Part shown: positions 46,601 to 56,647 of the stretch, one piece after another
How the letters are laid out: each line of letters begins with the position of its first letter
Numbering within the stretch: the stretch's first letter is position 1
Program-made: the position numbers and the translations under genes
Assembly (NCBI GenBank): GCA_938016515.1
Contig: CALILP010000038.1
Location: 1,930 to 65,929, forward strand
DNA length: 64,000 nt
Direction: 5' to 3'
Source: an uncultured Rhodobacteraceae bacterium
Lineage (GTDB): Bacteria; Pseudomonadota; Alphaproteobacteria; Rhodobacterales; Rhodobacteraceae
Notes under the pieces: model-generated
The model's input: only the letters and a program-made list of their open reading frames with translations
Database searches by the model: none
What the model was told of the DNA's origin: nothing

Positions 46601-47902
46601 TTAAAGCGGTCGGACCTTTATTTCAGCGATCCGGTTTTCTTCCTTTTTTACAACTTCAAAGCGGAATCCGTGAAAACTGAAGACCTGACCTTCGATTGGG
46701 ATCATCTGGGCTTCGTGGATCACCAGACCTGCGACGGTGTTTGCTTCTTCATCGGGCAGGTTCCAGTCGTGCGCCCGGTTCAGGTCGCGGATCGTCATGG
46801 CGCCGTCGATCAGATATGTACCATCAGCGCATTTCTCGATCTCGTTGACGTCTTCTTCGTCAAACTCATCAGCGATTTCACCAACGATTTCTTCAAGGAT
46901 ATCTTCAAGCGTAATCAGACCCTGCAGGTCCCCATATTCATCCACAACAAGGGCAAAATGGGCTTTGCGCAGCAGAAACTGGCGCATCTGATCATCAAGT
47001 GTCGTGGTTTCTGGCACAAAGTACGCATCCATCGCAACAGACATGACATCAAATTTTGCCATCGCGTCAGCGGTTTCGTTTTCCCCAGTCAGGAGCTTAT
47101 GCATCGCGCGCAGCAAGTCTTTGGCGTGGATGACGCCGACGATGTTTTCTGGGTCATCGCGGTAAACCGGGTGGCGGGTGTATTTGCTTTGCAGAATTGT
47201 CGAAAGAATCTCTTGCGGGGGGAGGGCTGCATCCACCATCTCAATATTGGAACGATGCAGCATGATTTCCTCGACTGCCCGCTCGTTCAGATCAAGCGCG
47301 CCTAAGATACGGTCACGGTCTTCCTTTTCGACAACCCCTTCGGAGTGACCAAGCTGCAAGGCTCCGGCAATTTCTTCGCGGACCGCCAGAATGTTCCCAT
47401 CGGGGTCGGTGGCCACGCCGAAGATCCGCAGAATGCCACGCACCAGAACGCGGACGACAGCAACGATGGGCGAAAAGACCCGCACAACAATGCTGATCGG
47501 GAAAGAGACGATCGAGGCGACCTTTTCGGGGTTCGTGATGGCGTAGGTCTTTGGCAGGACCTCTGCAAAGATCAGTACCAGCAGGGTCATGATCAAGGTC
47601 GCGGCAGCTACACCGTTTTGTCCAAACACCTTGGTCAGGACTGCTGTTGCAAGCGATGTTGCAAGGATGTTGACGACGTTGTTGCCCAATAGGACAGAGC
47701 CGATCAGCCGTTCGTTGTCTTCGGTCAGAACAAGCGCTTTGTCAGCACCCTTGGAACCACGATCCGCCTTGGCCCGCAGTTTGCCACGAGAGGCCGCCGT
47801 CAGCGCAGTTTCAGAGCCGGAAAAAAAGCCGGACAGGGCCAGCAATACAAGAATAGAGGCAGCCGTGATCCAGAAGGCGGCGTCAAATACGGAGGGGTCC
47901 AT
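46601..47902 (-). CDS. HlyC/CorC (CNNM-CBS) family Mg/Co transporter
   Basis: Motifs FFSGSETA, AEVLPK, CBS pair, VVDEYGD, TLEDILEEIVG, CorC-type C-domain. Confidence 0.92.
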   Translation of the reverse strand: MDPSVFDAAFWITAASILVLLALSGFFSGSETALTAASRGKLRAKADRGSKGADKALVLTEDNERLIGSVLLGNNVVNILATSLATAVLTKVFGQNGVAAATLIMTLLVLIFAEVLPKTYAITNPEKVASIVSFPISIVVRVFSPIVAVVRVLVRGILRIFGVATDPDGNILAVREEIAGALQLGHSEGVVEKEDRDRILGALDLNERAVEEIMLHRSNIEMVDAALPPQEILSTILQSKYTRHPVYRDDPENIVGVIHAKDLLRAMHKLLTGENETADAMAKFDVMSVAMDAYFVPETTTLDDQMRQFLLRKAHFALVVDEYGDLQGLITLEDILEEIVGEIADEFDEEDVNEIEKCADGTYLIDGAMTIRDLNRAHDWNLPDEEANTVAGLVIHEAQMIPIEGQVFSFHGFRFEVVKKEENRIAEIKVRPL

Positions 47903-47954
47903 CAGTGTCTTTCAGTGAATACTGTCACAGTATTAAGCACGCAGCGGGTCGCAT

Positions 47955-48920
47955 TCAAGTTGCGTCCTCTTCGTCCTTGCCGCGCGACAGGGGGTGATGC
48001 TCTTGCACAAGGGCGGTCAGGCGTTCGTCGACGACATGGGTGTAGATTTCTGTCGTTGCAACATCTGCATGGCCCAGCATTGTCTGGATTGCCCGCAGAT
48101 CAGCCCCGCCGGCCAGCAAATGCGTCGCAAAGGCATGGCGTAGAGTGTGCGGCGTGACCTTATCGTGGGGCACGCCTGCGGTGACGGCGAATTCCTTGAT
48201 CATCCCGAAAAAGCGGTGCCGGGTCAGGTGGCCTGCTTTGCTGCGGCTGGGGAAAAGGAACTTTGAGACAGGCTTGCCCTTGGCTTTTCCTGCGTCTTCG
48301 GCAGCGTCACGAACCTCTAGCCAGCTTGCAACCGCGGCTTTGGCAGGCGGTGACAAAGGCACCAAACGTTCCTTGCCACCCTTGCCGCGCACCAGCAGCA
48401 TTGCAGGATCGCCCCGCGCTGCCGCCGCTGGCAAAGTGACCAGTTCGGTCACGCGCATGCCGGTCGCATACAGCAGTTGCATCAGACAGGCATTACGCAC
48501 CCCTTCGCGTTTGTGGCCGGCTGCGGCGGCCAGAAGGCGGTCAACCTCGTCGTGGCTCAGCGTTTTGGGCAGGGACTTGGACTTTCCAGGCCCCTTGATC
48601 CGAATAGCCGGATTGTCATCGCGCCAACCTTCTTCAAAGGCGAAACGATAAAGCTGCCGGATTGCAGACAGGCGCCGTGCACGGGTGGACCGTGAAAGTC
48701 CCTGTGCGTCGCATGCGATCAGATAGCCTTCGACGTGATCCTGCATGGCGGTTGCAAAATGCAGATTCTTGGGCTCAAGCCAGCCTGCGAAGTCGCGCAG
48801 GTCGTTTGCGTAGGCCAGTTGCGTGTTGGTTGCAGCATCCAGTTCCGCAGCCTGTGCTTCCAGAAAAGCCTGAACCCAATTCATCATGGGACGGTTTGCA
48901 GCATCGGTAAGGTAGCTCAT
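47955..48920 (-). CDS. xerD: Tyrosine recombinase XerD
   Basis: Motifs LYATGMRVTEL, GKGGKERLVP, PHTLRHAFATHLL, MLGHAD, TEIYTH; housekeeping context near aroK. Confidence 0.88.
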   Translation of the reverse strand: MSYLTDAANRPMMNWVQAFLEAQAAELDAATNTQLAYANDLRDFAGWLEPKNLHFATAMQDHVEGYLIACDAQGLSRSTRARRLSAIRQLYRFAFEEGWRDDNPAIRIKGPGKSKSLPKTLSHDEVDRLLAAAAGHKREGVRNACLMQLLYATGMRVTELVTLPAAAARGDPAMLLVRGKGGKERLVPLSPPAKAAVASWLEVRDAAEDAGKAKGKPVSKFLFPSRSKAGHLTRHRFFGMIKEFAVTAGVPHDKVTPHTLRHAFATHLLAGGADLRAIQTMLGHADVATTEIYTHVVDERLTALVQEHHPLSRGKDEEDAT

Positions 48921-50452
48921 ATCGCGCGCTCCAACAGCAGGATCTGCAAGCTGGCGCGGCGGGCGACGTCTTCCAGACCGACCGCACGCAAGAAGGCCAG
49001 CGCATCCGTCAAGGATTGGGTGTCGCCCTGCGCGCCTGCATCAAACAAGGCAATGGCGCGCAACAAGGCCTCGCCCAGCTTTTCCTGTTGGACCAGCGTT
49101 ATCAGGCGACTTGGGGGTGCGGCCGTCGTAAATGCGCGGGCGATAGCCTGATACATCTCGTCTGCGTTGGGTGAGGCAATGGGTTCGCCGCGCGCAAGTC
49201 CAACCAACGGTTGATCCTGATCTGACTGGGCAATCGCGGCGTCCTCATAGTCGGGTGACAAAAGGGCGACTTCAAAAGCGATGGTTGCCGCAGCATCGGT
49301 CAAAGGCAATTCGGCTAGGGCAGCGCCGTACTCTGCAGCGAAGGCAGGCTCGACCTGAACGTCCTGAGCGGCCGCCCATGCAGCGGGAAGCGTGCTGGCC
49401 ACACGTTCTGTGTCTTTGGCGCTGATTGCGGCATCAAAGGCCTGCACGGCATCGGCCCTGTCCCACACCCCGCCGGACGCAGAGGGCGTGCGGGACGTAT
49501 AAAGCGCAAACAGGACATTTGGTGCGATTGCGTCATGTCGGGTCAACCGCTCGGCCGCTTCCAACTGGCTTTTCCAGCCGACGGTGTTGCGCAGATCCGC
49601 ATGGGCAAAGGCGCGGGGCAGGTTGGTCGTGCTCATCCGTTCGCCAATGGCCTCGTACATGCGGAACATAAGGGGGGACAGCCGGTCTGGCGGGCCCAGA
49701 GGTGGCTCTCCTTCGAATAATTCAGGGTCCAGAAATCGGGACAACAGGTCCTGTTCCGGCGCCGACAGATCGCCCAGCGCGATGTGTGTGTTCAGCGAAA
49801 GTGCGGCGGCCGACCAATCGCCGCCACGCGCCAGACAAAAAATGCGGGCGGCATAGGTCGGGGCGACGTCAATGCGCCGTTGCATGACATGACAGGCGCG
49901 ATCTTCCGTTCCGGTCAGCAAGGCCACATCAAACCAGCGCCGGAATAACGTCGGGCTTTCGACTTGCGCCTGTTCCAGTAAGGCCTGAGCCGGTTCAATC
50001 GCACCCAGATCGAGCAGTTTGTCGACGCGGGCCTGAAACAATCCGCCAGCGGACGAGGCACCGCGCGGCGGATCAGCCTCTGCCAGCAGCAGCGTCTTTA
50101 ACAACCCCTGCATCGCAGGCAGACCGTTAATGTCTTCGGCGCGCAACAGGGTGATGAGCAGATCTTCGTCACTGCCAGACCAAAGGTTCTTGGGCAAAGC
50201 AGTTACCGACGGGGCCAGCAACCCAATCGGGTCCGGGGATGGTCCATCCAATGGTGTCGTTGTCACGCGCGGCGCTGTGGCGTTGTTGGCCACCGGAGGC
50301 TCGTCGCGCGGGGACCTTGGTGCAATCTGGCTGGTGGTTGGAATGCGCACGCTTTGCGACAACCAATCAATGGCCGACAAGGGCTCATTGGGTTGGGTCA
50401 TGGCGGACACTGGTGCTGTGCACAGAAATCCGGCAAAGAGAATGCGTTTCAT
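48917..50452 (-). CDS. Exported alpha-helical hypothetical protein
   Basis: Signal peptide; 511-aa ORF with ATGA overlap to xerD. Confidence 0.75.
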   Translation of the reverse strand: MKRILFAGFLCTAPVSAMTQPNEPLSAIDWLSQSVRIPTTSQIAPRSPRDEPPVANNATAPRVTTTPLDGPSPDPIGLLAPSVTALPKNLWSGSDEDLLITLLRAEDINGLPAMQGLLKTLLLAEADPPRGASSAGGLFQARVDKLLDLGAIEPAQALLEQAQVESPTLFRRWFDVALLTGTEDRACHVMQRRIDVAPTYAARIFCLARGGDWSAAALSLNTHIALGDLSAPEQDLLSRFLDPELFEGEPPLGPPDRLSPLMFRMYEAIGERMSTTNLPRAFAHADLRNTVGWKSQLEAAERLTRHDAIAPNVLFALYTSRTPSASGGVWDRADAVQAFDAAISAKDTERVASTLPAAWAAAQDVQVEPAFAAEYGAALAELPLTDAAATIAFEVALLSPDYEDAAIAQSDQDQPLVGLARGEPIASPNADEMYQAIARAFTTAAPPSRLITLVQQEKLGEALLRAIALFDAGAQGDTQSLTDALAFLRAVGLEDVARRASLQILLLERAI

Positions 50453-50453
50453 C

Positions 50454-50606
50454 CTAGTTCAGATCCAGTGTGACCGGCTGCGTGACCTGTTCCAGCGGCG
50501 GTGCAAAATCTTCAGCAAAAAAGATTGGGCCCACATAGGCATAGCCGATCAAGCCAATGGCCGCGAGGGCTGTCAGAAAAACCAAAGCTTTGATCGCGCG
50601 CCACAT
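50454..50606 (-). CDS. 50-aa single-pass membrane protein MWRAIKALVFLTALAAIGLIGYAYVGP...VTQPVTLDLN
   Basis: Manual translation; AGGGG RBS; stop lies 1 nt before the next ATG. Confidence 0.7.
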   Translation of the reverse strand: MWRAIKALVFLTALAAIGLIGYAYVGPIFFAEDFAPPLEQVTQPVTLDLN

Positions 50607-50771
50607 GGGATGCCCCTATTCGCCTCATTACCTGCGCCTACGGTTGTCCCACCGCTTGCAGTTGCGTTTATATATGGCCTTTTTGGCAAGATCACGCCAT
50701 TGCATGACATAAATTATGATTAAGCGGTCGATGGCCGAAAATTGTGTCTATTGCGAACCTCGGGAGGGACC

Positions 50772-51341
50772 ATGCCAGAGACATCTCAAGCACCAGCGTT
50801 CCGGCTGAACCGCACCGTGGTTCTGGTGGGCATGATGGGGTCAGGCAAGACCGCAATTGGCAAGGCGCTTGCTATCCGCTTGAACGTGCCATTCCTGGAC
50901 AGTGACGCCGCTATCGAAGAGGCAGCGGCGCTCAACATCTCTGAAATCTTTGAGCGCGACGGCGAGGCCTTCTTTCGCAAGCGCGAGGCAGAAGTGATTG
51001 ATCGCTTGCTTGGCGAAAGACCGTGCATCCTTTCGACGGGTGGCGGTGCGTTTTTGACGGACAGTGTCCAACAAGCGATTGCGGACAAAGGGGTGGCGCT
51101 TTGGCTGGACGCAAAGCTTGATACGCTATGGGACCGGGTTAAGCACAAAGATACCCGCCCTTTGCTGCGCACATCTGATCCCAAGCAAACTCTGACAGAT
51201 ATTTACGCCGCACGGGTCCCTGTTTATGCCAAGGCTGGTCTGCGCACCGCAATCACCTCTGACACGTCGATCGAGCAGACAACCGACCGCGTTCTGCAAA
51301 CGCTTGCGTCTGCCCCAAATGTACTGGAACCTGTTTCTTGA
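50772..51341 (+). CDS. aroK: Shikimate kinase
   Basis: Motifs GMMGSGKT, FLDSD, GEAFFR, STGGG, RPLL; GGGAGG RBS. Confidence 0.95.
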   Translation: MPETSQAPAFRLNRTVVLVGMMGSGKTAIGKALAIRLNVPFLDSDAAIEEAAALNISEIFERDGEAFFRKREAEVIDRLLGERPCILSTGGGAFLTDSVQQAIADKGVALWLDAKLDTLWDRVKHKDTRPLLRTSDPKQTLTDIYAARVPVYAKAGLRTAITSDTSIEQTTDRVLQTLASAPNVLEPVS

Positions 51342-52450
51342 CTGACCAAACTGCAAACGTTTCTGTTGATCTGCCGGGCCGGGCCTATGATATCGCAATC
51401 GGACCGGGTGTGATGCAAACAGCCGGGACGCGGATCGCTGGGATGACACGGCGTCCACATGTGACAATCATCACCGATGAAACGGTTGCAGGGCTCCATT
51501 TGGCCAAACTGCAATCGGTTCTGACGGATGCGGGTCTGACCTCTGCATCGCTTGCCTTGCCACCGGGCGAGGCCACAAAATGCTGGACGCAGCTGGAACG
51601 GGCTGTGGAATGGCTCTTGTCCGAAAAGGTCGAGCGCGGCGACATTGTCGTGGCCTTCGGTGGCGGGGTGATCGGTGATTTGGCCGGTTTTGCAGCGGCG
51701 GTCTTGCGACGGGGCGTCCGATTTGTGCAAATTCCCACGACGCTGTTGGCTCAGGTCGACAGTTCTGTAGGGGGCAAGACAGGGATCAATTCGCCTGCTG
51801 GCAAGAACCTAATCGGGGCGTTCCATCAACCCAGTCTTGTCTTGGCAGACACTGATTTGCTTGGCACCTTGCAGCGGCGCGACTTTTTGGCGGGCTACGG
51901 CGAGGTTGTTAAATATGGCCTCTTGGGGGACGCGGGTTTTTTTGAATGGTTGGAAGACCGCGGTCCAGCCATGGCAGACGGTGACGTGACAGCGCAGGTG
52001 CGCGCGGTCGCACGGTCTTGCCAGATGAAGGCAGAGATCGTGACCCGTGACGAAACAGAGCAGGGGGATCGCGCCCTTCTGAATCTCGGCCATACATTCT
52101 GCCATGCCTTGGAGGCCGCAACCGGGTATTCGGATCGGCTGCTGCACGGTGAAGGGGTAGCCGTTGGGTGTGCCCTAGCGTTCGAGCTGTCGTCACGCCT
52201 GGGTCTATGCAGTCAGGAAGACCCCAGCCGAGTGCGGGCGCATCTGAAGGGAATGGGCATGAAAACTGATCTTGCTGACATTCCCGGCGATCTGCCGTCT
52301 GCGGAAGTACTGTTAGACCTGATGGGCCAAGACAAAAAGGTCCTTGATGGCAAACTGCGGTTCATCTTGGCGCGCGGTATTGGCGACGCATTTATCACAA
52401 GCGATGTGCCGTCGGATGCTGTGCTGCAAGTCTTGAAAGACCAGCTTTAA
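51338..52450 (+). CDS. aroB: 3-dehydroquinate synthase
   Basis: Motifs GGGVIGD, PTTLLAQVDSSVGGKTG, LNLGHTF, HGEGV. Confidence 0.96.
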   Translation: MTDQTANVSVDLPGRAYDIAIGPGVMQTAGTRIAGMTRRPHVTIITDETVAGLHLAKLQSVLTDAGLTSASLALPPGEATKCWTQLERAVEWLLSEKVERGDIVVAFGGGVIGDLAGFAAAVLRRGVRFVQIPTTLLAQVDSSVGGKTGINSPAGKNLIGAFHQPSLVLADTDLLGTLQRRDFLAGYGEVVKYGLLGDAGFFEWLEDRGPAMADGDVTAQVRAVARSCQMKAEIVTRDETEQGDRALLNLGHTFCHALEAATGYSDRLLHGEGVAVGCALAFELSSRLGLCSQEDPSRVRAHLKGMGMKTDLADIPGDLPSAEVLLDLMGQDKKVLDGKLRFILARGIGDAFITSDVPSDAVLQVLKDQL

Positions 52451-52589
52451 AGCAACGCGCCCGTTCCATTTCATCTGGTCAAAACGCGTCTACCTGAGGG
52501 GCCGATCTTACTCTTCTTGCGTCATGGCAAGTGCGGTTCTGAACCGGGTTGCTGGTGAAAGATGGCACCTTAGCCCAATGCCACCAAAT

Positions 52590-52622
52590 AAAAAAACGCG
52601 CCGTCCTTTCGAACAACGCGTT
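52590..52622 (-). terminator. Terminator downstream of ssb
   Basis: Minus strand AACGCGUUGUUC-GAAA-GGACGGCGCGUU followed by a U-run. Confidence 0.7.
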
Positions 52623-52647
52623 CATGTTCATCAGATGTAGGGCGCGC

Positions 52648-53172
52648 TTAGAACGGGATCTCGTCATCCAGATCAGAGCGGCCGCCACCGCCACCGCCGC
52701 CAGATGATCCGCCACCATCATATCCGCCGCCTTGGCCGCCACCACTGTCGTAACCGCCGCCGCCGCCATAGCCGCCGCTGTCACCGCCGCCGTAGCCACC
52801 ACCACCACCGCCGCCGCCATCGCGACCGTCAAGCATGGTGAGTGTTCCGCCATACCCTTGCAGAACCACTTCGGTTGAATACCGGTCCTGACCGGATTGA
52901 TCCTGCCATTTGCGGGTCTGCAACGCACCTTCGATGTAAACTTTTGATCCTTTTTTCAGGTACTGCTCTGCGATGCGCACAAGACCCTCCTGAAAGATTG
53001 CCACGGAATGCCATTCCGTTTTTTCGCGGCGTTCGCCTGTGTTCTTGTCTTTCCAATTCTCAGACGTGGCGATCCGCAGGTTGCAGACCTTACCGCCGTT
53101 CTGGAATGACCGGACTTCCGGGTCGCGCCCTAGATTTCCGATCAAAATGACCTTGTTGACCGATCCTGCCAT
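52648..53172 (-). CDS. ssb: Single-stranded DNA-binding protein
   Basis: [15 protein letters not shown]; Gly-rich linker; C-terminal DDEIPF. Confidence 0.97.
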   Translation of the reverse strand: MAGSVNKVILIGNLGRDPEVRSFQNGGKVCNLRIATSENWKDKNTGERREKTEWHSVAIFQEGLVRIAEQYLKKGSKVYIEGALQTRKWQDQSGQDRYSTEVVLQGYGGTLTMLDGRDGGGGGGGGYGGGDSGGYGGGGGYDSGGGQGGGYDGGGSSGGGGGGGRSDLDDEIPF

Positions 53173-53367
53173 GATTTTCCCCCTCGAAGCGATTCTGCGT
53201 CAGACATTTGGCGCAACCTACGTAGGCTACCCCGGCTTTGCCAGACCAAAGCGTTAACCAGCACCTGTTACCTGAAACAACATTAAGAAATGGTTTCGCA
53301 TTCCAGTCTAGCAAAAAGCCGCCGTTTGCGGCATCTTGCCAAAATTGGACGTGATAAGGTCATTTCA

Positions 53368-53952
53368 ATGCGTAACCTAAAAGTTCTTTTGATCGGCAGC
53401 TGCTTGATTGTTGGCAGTGTCAGTTCCGCCGATACGGTCTCGACCCGGACAGCGTCTGGTTTGTTGCAAAGCCAGCTCTCAGTGTTGGATGGTCGGGCGT
53501 CGCAGCAATATTCCAATTCCGTCAGGTTGCAGCCGCCACGCGCTGAGGTCCCGGCACTTAGCGGTGCACCAGCCTATAGCGGGCGTTACACTGGACCTTA
53601 CCTTGATTTGGCCCGAAGTGCTGCGCGTCAACATAACATCCCGGAAGATTTGTTTTTGCGGCTGGTTCAGCAAGAAAGCGGCTGGAACGCAAATGCGCGA
53701 TCCCACAAGGGTGCGCTTGGATTGGCCCAATTGATGCCGCAGACCGCCCGCGCACTTGGCGTAGATCCCTATGATGTGCGCCAGAACCTTGAAGGCGGTG
53801 CGCGTTATCTGCGGACCCAGTACAATACGTTTGGGAATTGGCGTCTGGCCTTGGCGGCATACAATGCAGGTCCGGGTGCGGTGCAACGCTTTAATGGCAT
53901 TCCGCCATACAAAGAAACCCAGAACTACGTGCGGATCATCTTCGGCCAGTAG
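53368..53952 (+). CDS. Lytic transglycosylase (SLT domain)
   Basis: Signal peptide; motifs [30 protein letters not shown]. Confidence 0.92.
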   Translation: MRNLKVLLIGSCLIVGSVSSADTVSTRTASGLLQSQLSVLDGRASQQYSNSVRLQPPRAEVPALSGAPAYSGRYTGPYLDLARSAARQHNIPEDLFLRLVQQESGWNANARSHKGALGLAQLMPQTARALGVDPYDVRQNLEGGARYLRTQYNTFGNWRLALAAYNAGPGAVQRFNGIPPYKETQNYVRIIFGQ

Positions 53953-53970
53953 GGTCGAATTGACGTTAAG

Positions 53971-54816
53971 CTAGCGTATCTTGCCAGCGCCATTCTTGCG
54001 GAAATGCGATGGGGTGTGTCCCATCTTCGCCTGAAAGCTGCGCGTGAAATATGCGGCTGACTTGAACCCAAGGTCATTGGCGATCTGTGCAACCGGCAAG
54101 TGGGTTTCGCGCAGCATTATGCAGGCCTCATATGTAATCCGGTCCCGTAGTATTGTCAGTGCTGACTTTCCACAGGTCTGATTACAACAGCGGGTCAGAT
54201 GCGTTGGCGTGACGCCAAGGGCTGCTGCATATCCTGCGACGCCGTTGTGGGAGCGGTAGTCCCGTTCAATGAGATCGGTATAGGCTGCAACCAGACGCGC
54301 TGCAGATCCGTTGGTCCGTTCGTTGCCCGCGACCACTGGTGTCTGATCAATCTGTCGTTCAAAGAAGACAGACAGCAGGCCAAGATGATAATGCGCTGCG
54401 CGGGAATGGGTTTGGGCCGTGTTCTTTAGCTCGCGTTCCATTGCCTCGAACATGGCCGCGGCTTCGCGTTGTGCCTGAACGTCACGCAGACGCAGGTGCA
54501 CAGGCTCGTCCGGCCATTCCCCTGACATCGCACTTGGGATGGTCAGGATTGATCCGAAAACGGCTGGTCCAGCCTCGTATCCATACATGACATGCGCCGG
54601 GATATAGATCAGGTTATTGGGCCCATATCCGTAGGTCATGCCCGCAATCGTGATACGCCCCTGACCTTTGGTGATGAACACCAGACGCGGGGTCGCATGG
54701 CTGCGCATCGCTTCGGTGCGCCATTTGCCAGCCATGTGATTGAACGCAATCGGCGTCACGCAAAGCGCGCTGTCCTGCAATTGTGTCGCGATAGACTTGT
54801 TAACAACTTGATCCAC
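53971..54816 (-). CDS. AraC-family transcriptional regulator
   Basis: Cupin N-domain; HTH motifs LGVTPTHLTR and LGFKSAAYFTRSF; probable GTG start. Confidence 0.88.
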   Translation of the reverse strand: MDQVVNKSIATQLQDSALCVTPIAFNHMAGKWRTEAMRSHATPRLVFITKGQGRITIAGMTYGYGPNNLIYIPAHVMYGYEAGPAVFGSILTIPSAMSGEWPDEPVHLRLRDVQAQREAAAMFEAMERELKNTAQTHSRAAHYHLGLLSVFFERQIDQTPVVAGNERTNGSAARLVAAYTDLIERDYRSHNGVAGYAAALGVTPTHLTRCCNQTCGKSALTILRDRITYEACIMLRETHLPVAQIANDLGFKSAAYFTRSFQAKMGHTPSHFRKNGAGKIR

Positions 54817-54880
54817 GAAAGGCCCCCCAGCGCAATCAGGCGTAGCCTGCCAAGCCTTACCTATAAAGACAACGCCTAAC

Positions 54881-55768
54881 TTAGGTCGGAAATGTGAAAG
54901 CTGTGGACAATTCTGTGGATGGCATGTGGATTGTTTCCCATTTGGCCATGCGCTTGCGAAACCAGGTCCGTTGGCGCTTTGCATATTGGGTCGAGGCGAT
55001 GACGGCAGCCGCCCGCGCGGCTGCCAACGACATGTCCCCCTTAAGGTGGGCGATCAGCTCTGGCGCGCCGATGGCTTTTGACGACAAATGCTGCGGGTCC
55101 CAGCGTGACAACATGCCTTGGGCTTCTGCCAAGGCACCGTCTTTCAGCATGAAATCAAACCTTTGTGCGATCCGCGGTGACAGCCAATCCTTTGGAGCAT
55201 CCAGAACCAAAGCCGTCGCCTTTTCCAGTGGCAACAACGGCGGTGGCGTATCGTCTTGCCAATGCGCCAAAGTGCGCCCTGTGGCGGTAAAGACCTCCCA
55301 AGCACGCTGTACCCGGACACGATTTTGCACATCGATCCGGGATATCGTGATTGCATCAAGCTCGGTCAAAAGATCGGGTAAGGTCATTGCATTGGCCCGA
55401 CTGCGGACGTCCGCCGAAGGTGCAGGAATATCGGCGAGCCCTTCTGTCAGTGCCGTCAGATAGAGCCCTGTACCGCCGACAATAATCGGTCGGGACCCTT
55501 TCAAGAGAGGGGCCACATCGCGTAGCCAATGACCGACAGAGTAGGGCGCATCAAAGGGGATATGGCCGTAAAGTTGATGATCTGCGCGGACCAGATCTTC
55601 TGGCGGAGGTCGCGCTGTCACAATGCGCCAACCATCGAAAACCTGCAGGGCGTCGGCATTCACGATAACCCCGCCTTGGGTCTCGGCGATATGTAACGCG
55701 AGGGCCGATTTACCAGAGGCCGTAGGCCCTGCAATCAGGACGGGTTTATCAGGGTGAATTACAATCAT
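54881..55768 (-). CDS. miaA: tRNA dimethylallyltransferase
   Basis: Motifs [32 protein letters not shown]. Confidence 0.95.
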   Translation of the reverse strand: MIVIHPDKPVLIAGPTASGKSALALHIAETQGGVIVNADALQVFDGWRIVTARPPPEDLVRADHQLYGHIPFDAPYSVGHWLRDVAPLLKGSRPIIVGGTGLYLTALTEGLADIPAPSADVRSRANAMTLPDLLTELDAITISRIDVQNRVRVQRAWEVFTATGRTLAHWQDDTPPPLLPLEKATALVLDAPKDWLSPRIAQRFDFMLKDGALAEAQGMLSRWDPQHLSSKAIGAPELIAHLKGDMSLAAARAAAVIASTQYAKRQRTWFRKRMAKWETIHMPSTELSTAFTFPT

Positions 55769-55912
55769 TGTCAGGCATTTAGTCTCATTTTTTGTTGCCT
55801 AAGGAGGTTGGAAAATACCTGCCAAAGTGGCGGGATCGGCCATTGAACCTTGCGCGCTTTTCCGACATTTTGCGCCCAACTTAAAGACATCCGCAAATAA
55901 AAGGGGCACATC

Positions 55913-56638
55913 ATGGCCGACGCTGCACAAGCAACCTACAAACGGGTCATGCTGAAGATATCCGGCGAAGCATTGATGGGGGACACCACAGGTGGCCTGC
56001 ACCCGCCGACTGTGCAGCGCATCGCCAAAGAGGTAAAGACGGTCCACGACATGGGCGTCGAGATCTGCATGGTCATTGGGGGTGGGAACATCTTTCGAGG
56101 TCTGCAAGGCTCTGCACAAGGGATGGAGCGGACGACGGCTGACTACATGGGCATGTTGGCCACTGTGATGAATGCATTGGCGATGCAATCTGCCCTAGAG
56201 GAGTTGGGCATTCATACGCGGGTTATCTCTGCGATCACCATGAATGAAGTCGCAGAACCCTACATCCGTCGCCGTGCTGTCCGTCACCTTGAAAAGAAAC
56301 GGGTGTGTATTTTTGCGGCCGGCACAGGCAACCCCTATTTTACGACAGACACCGCTGCCACCTTGCGCGCCAATGAAATGGCCTGTGAAGCGATCTTCAA
56401 AGGCACGAAGGTTGATGGCGTCTATGACAAAGACCCTGCAAAGCACGCGGATGCGAAACGCTACGACAAGGTTAGCTACGACGAAGTGCTGCAAAAGCAC
56501 CTTGGTGTAATGGACGCTTCGGCCATCGCACTTGCGCGCGACAACCATTTGCCGATTGTGGTATTTTCGCTTGATGAGCCAGGCGGATTTCAAGGCATTT
56601 TGGCCGGGCAGGGCACCTACACCATGGTGCATGACTAG
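55913..56638 (+). CDS. pyrH: UMP kinase
   Basis: Motifs [33 protein letters not shown]. Confidence 0.97.
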   Translation: MADAAQATYKRVMLKISGEALMGDTTGGLHPPTVQRIAKEVKTVHDMGVEICMVIGGGNIFRGLQGSAQGMERTTADYMGMLATVMNALAMQSALEELGIHTRVISAITMNEVAEPYIRRRAVRHLEKKRVCIFAAGTGNPYFTTDTAATLRANEMACEAIFKGTKVDGVYDKDPAKHADAKRYDKVSYDEVLQKHLGVMDASAIALARDNHLPIVVFSLDEPGGFQGILAGQGTYTMVHD

Positions 56639-56647
56639 GTTCGCGAT

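Noticed and set aside
45701-47305. 534-aa plus-strand ORF and similar long antisense ORFs (e.g. 333-1289, 1342-2283, 38396-39490, 30335-31351)
   Set aside because: Shadow frames opposite well-supported genes in GC-rich DNA, with no recognisable motifs
47955-48920. Prophage or island integrase
   Set aside because: Size, motifs and housekeeping context fit chromosomal XerD; no att repeats or phage genes seen
52680-52820. GCC/ACC-rich tandem repeats
   Set aside because: They encode the ordinary Gly-rich linker of SSB
53172-53370. LexA box upstream of ssb
   Set aside because: No GTTC-N7-GTTC or GAAC-N7-GAAC direct repeat was seen in this interval
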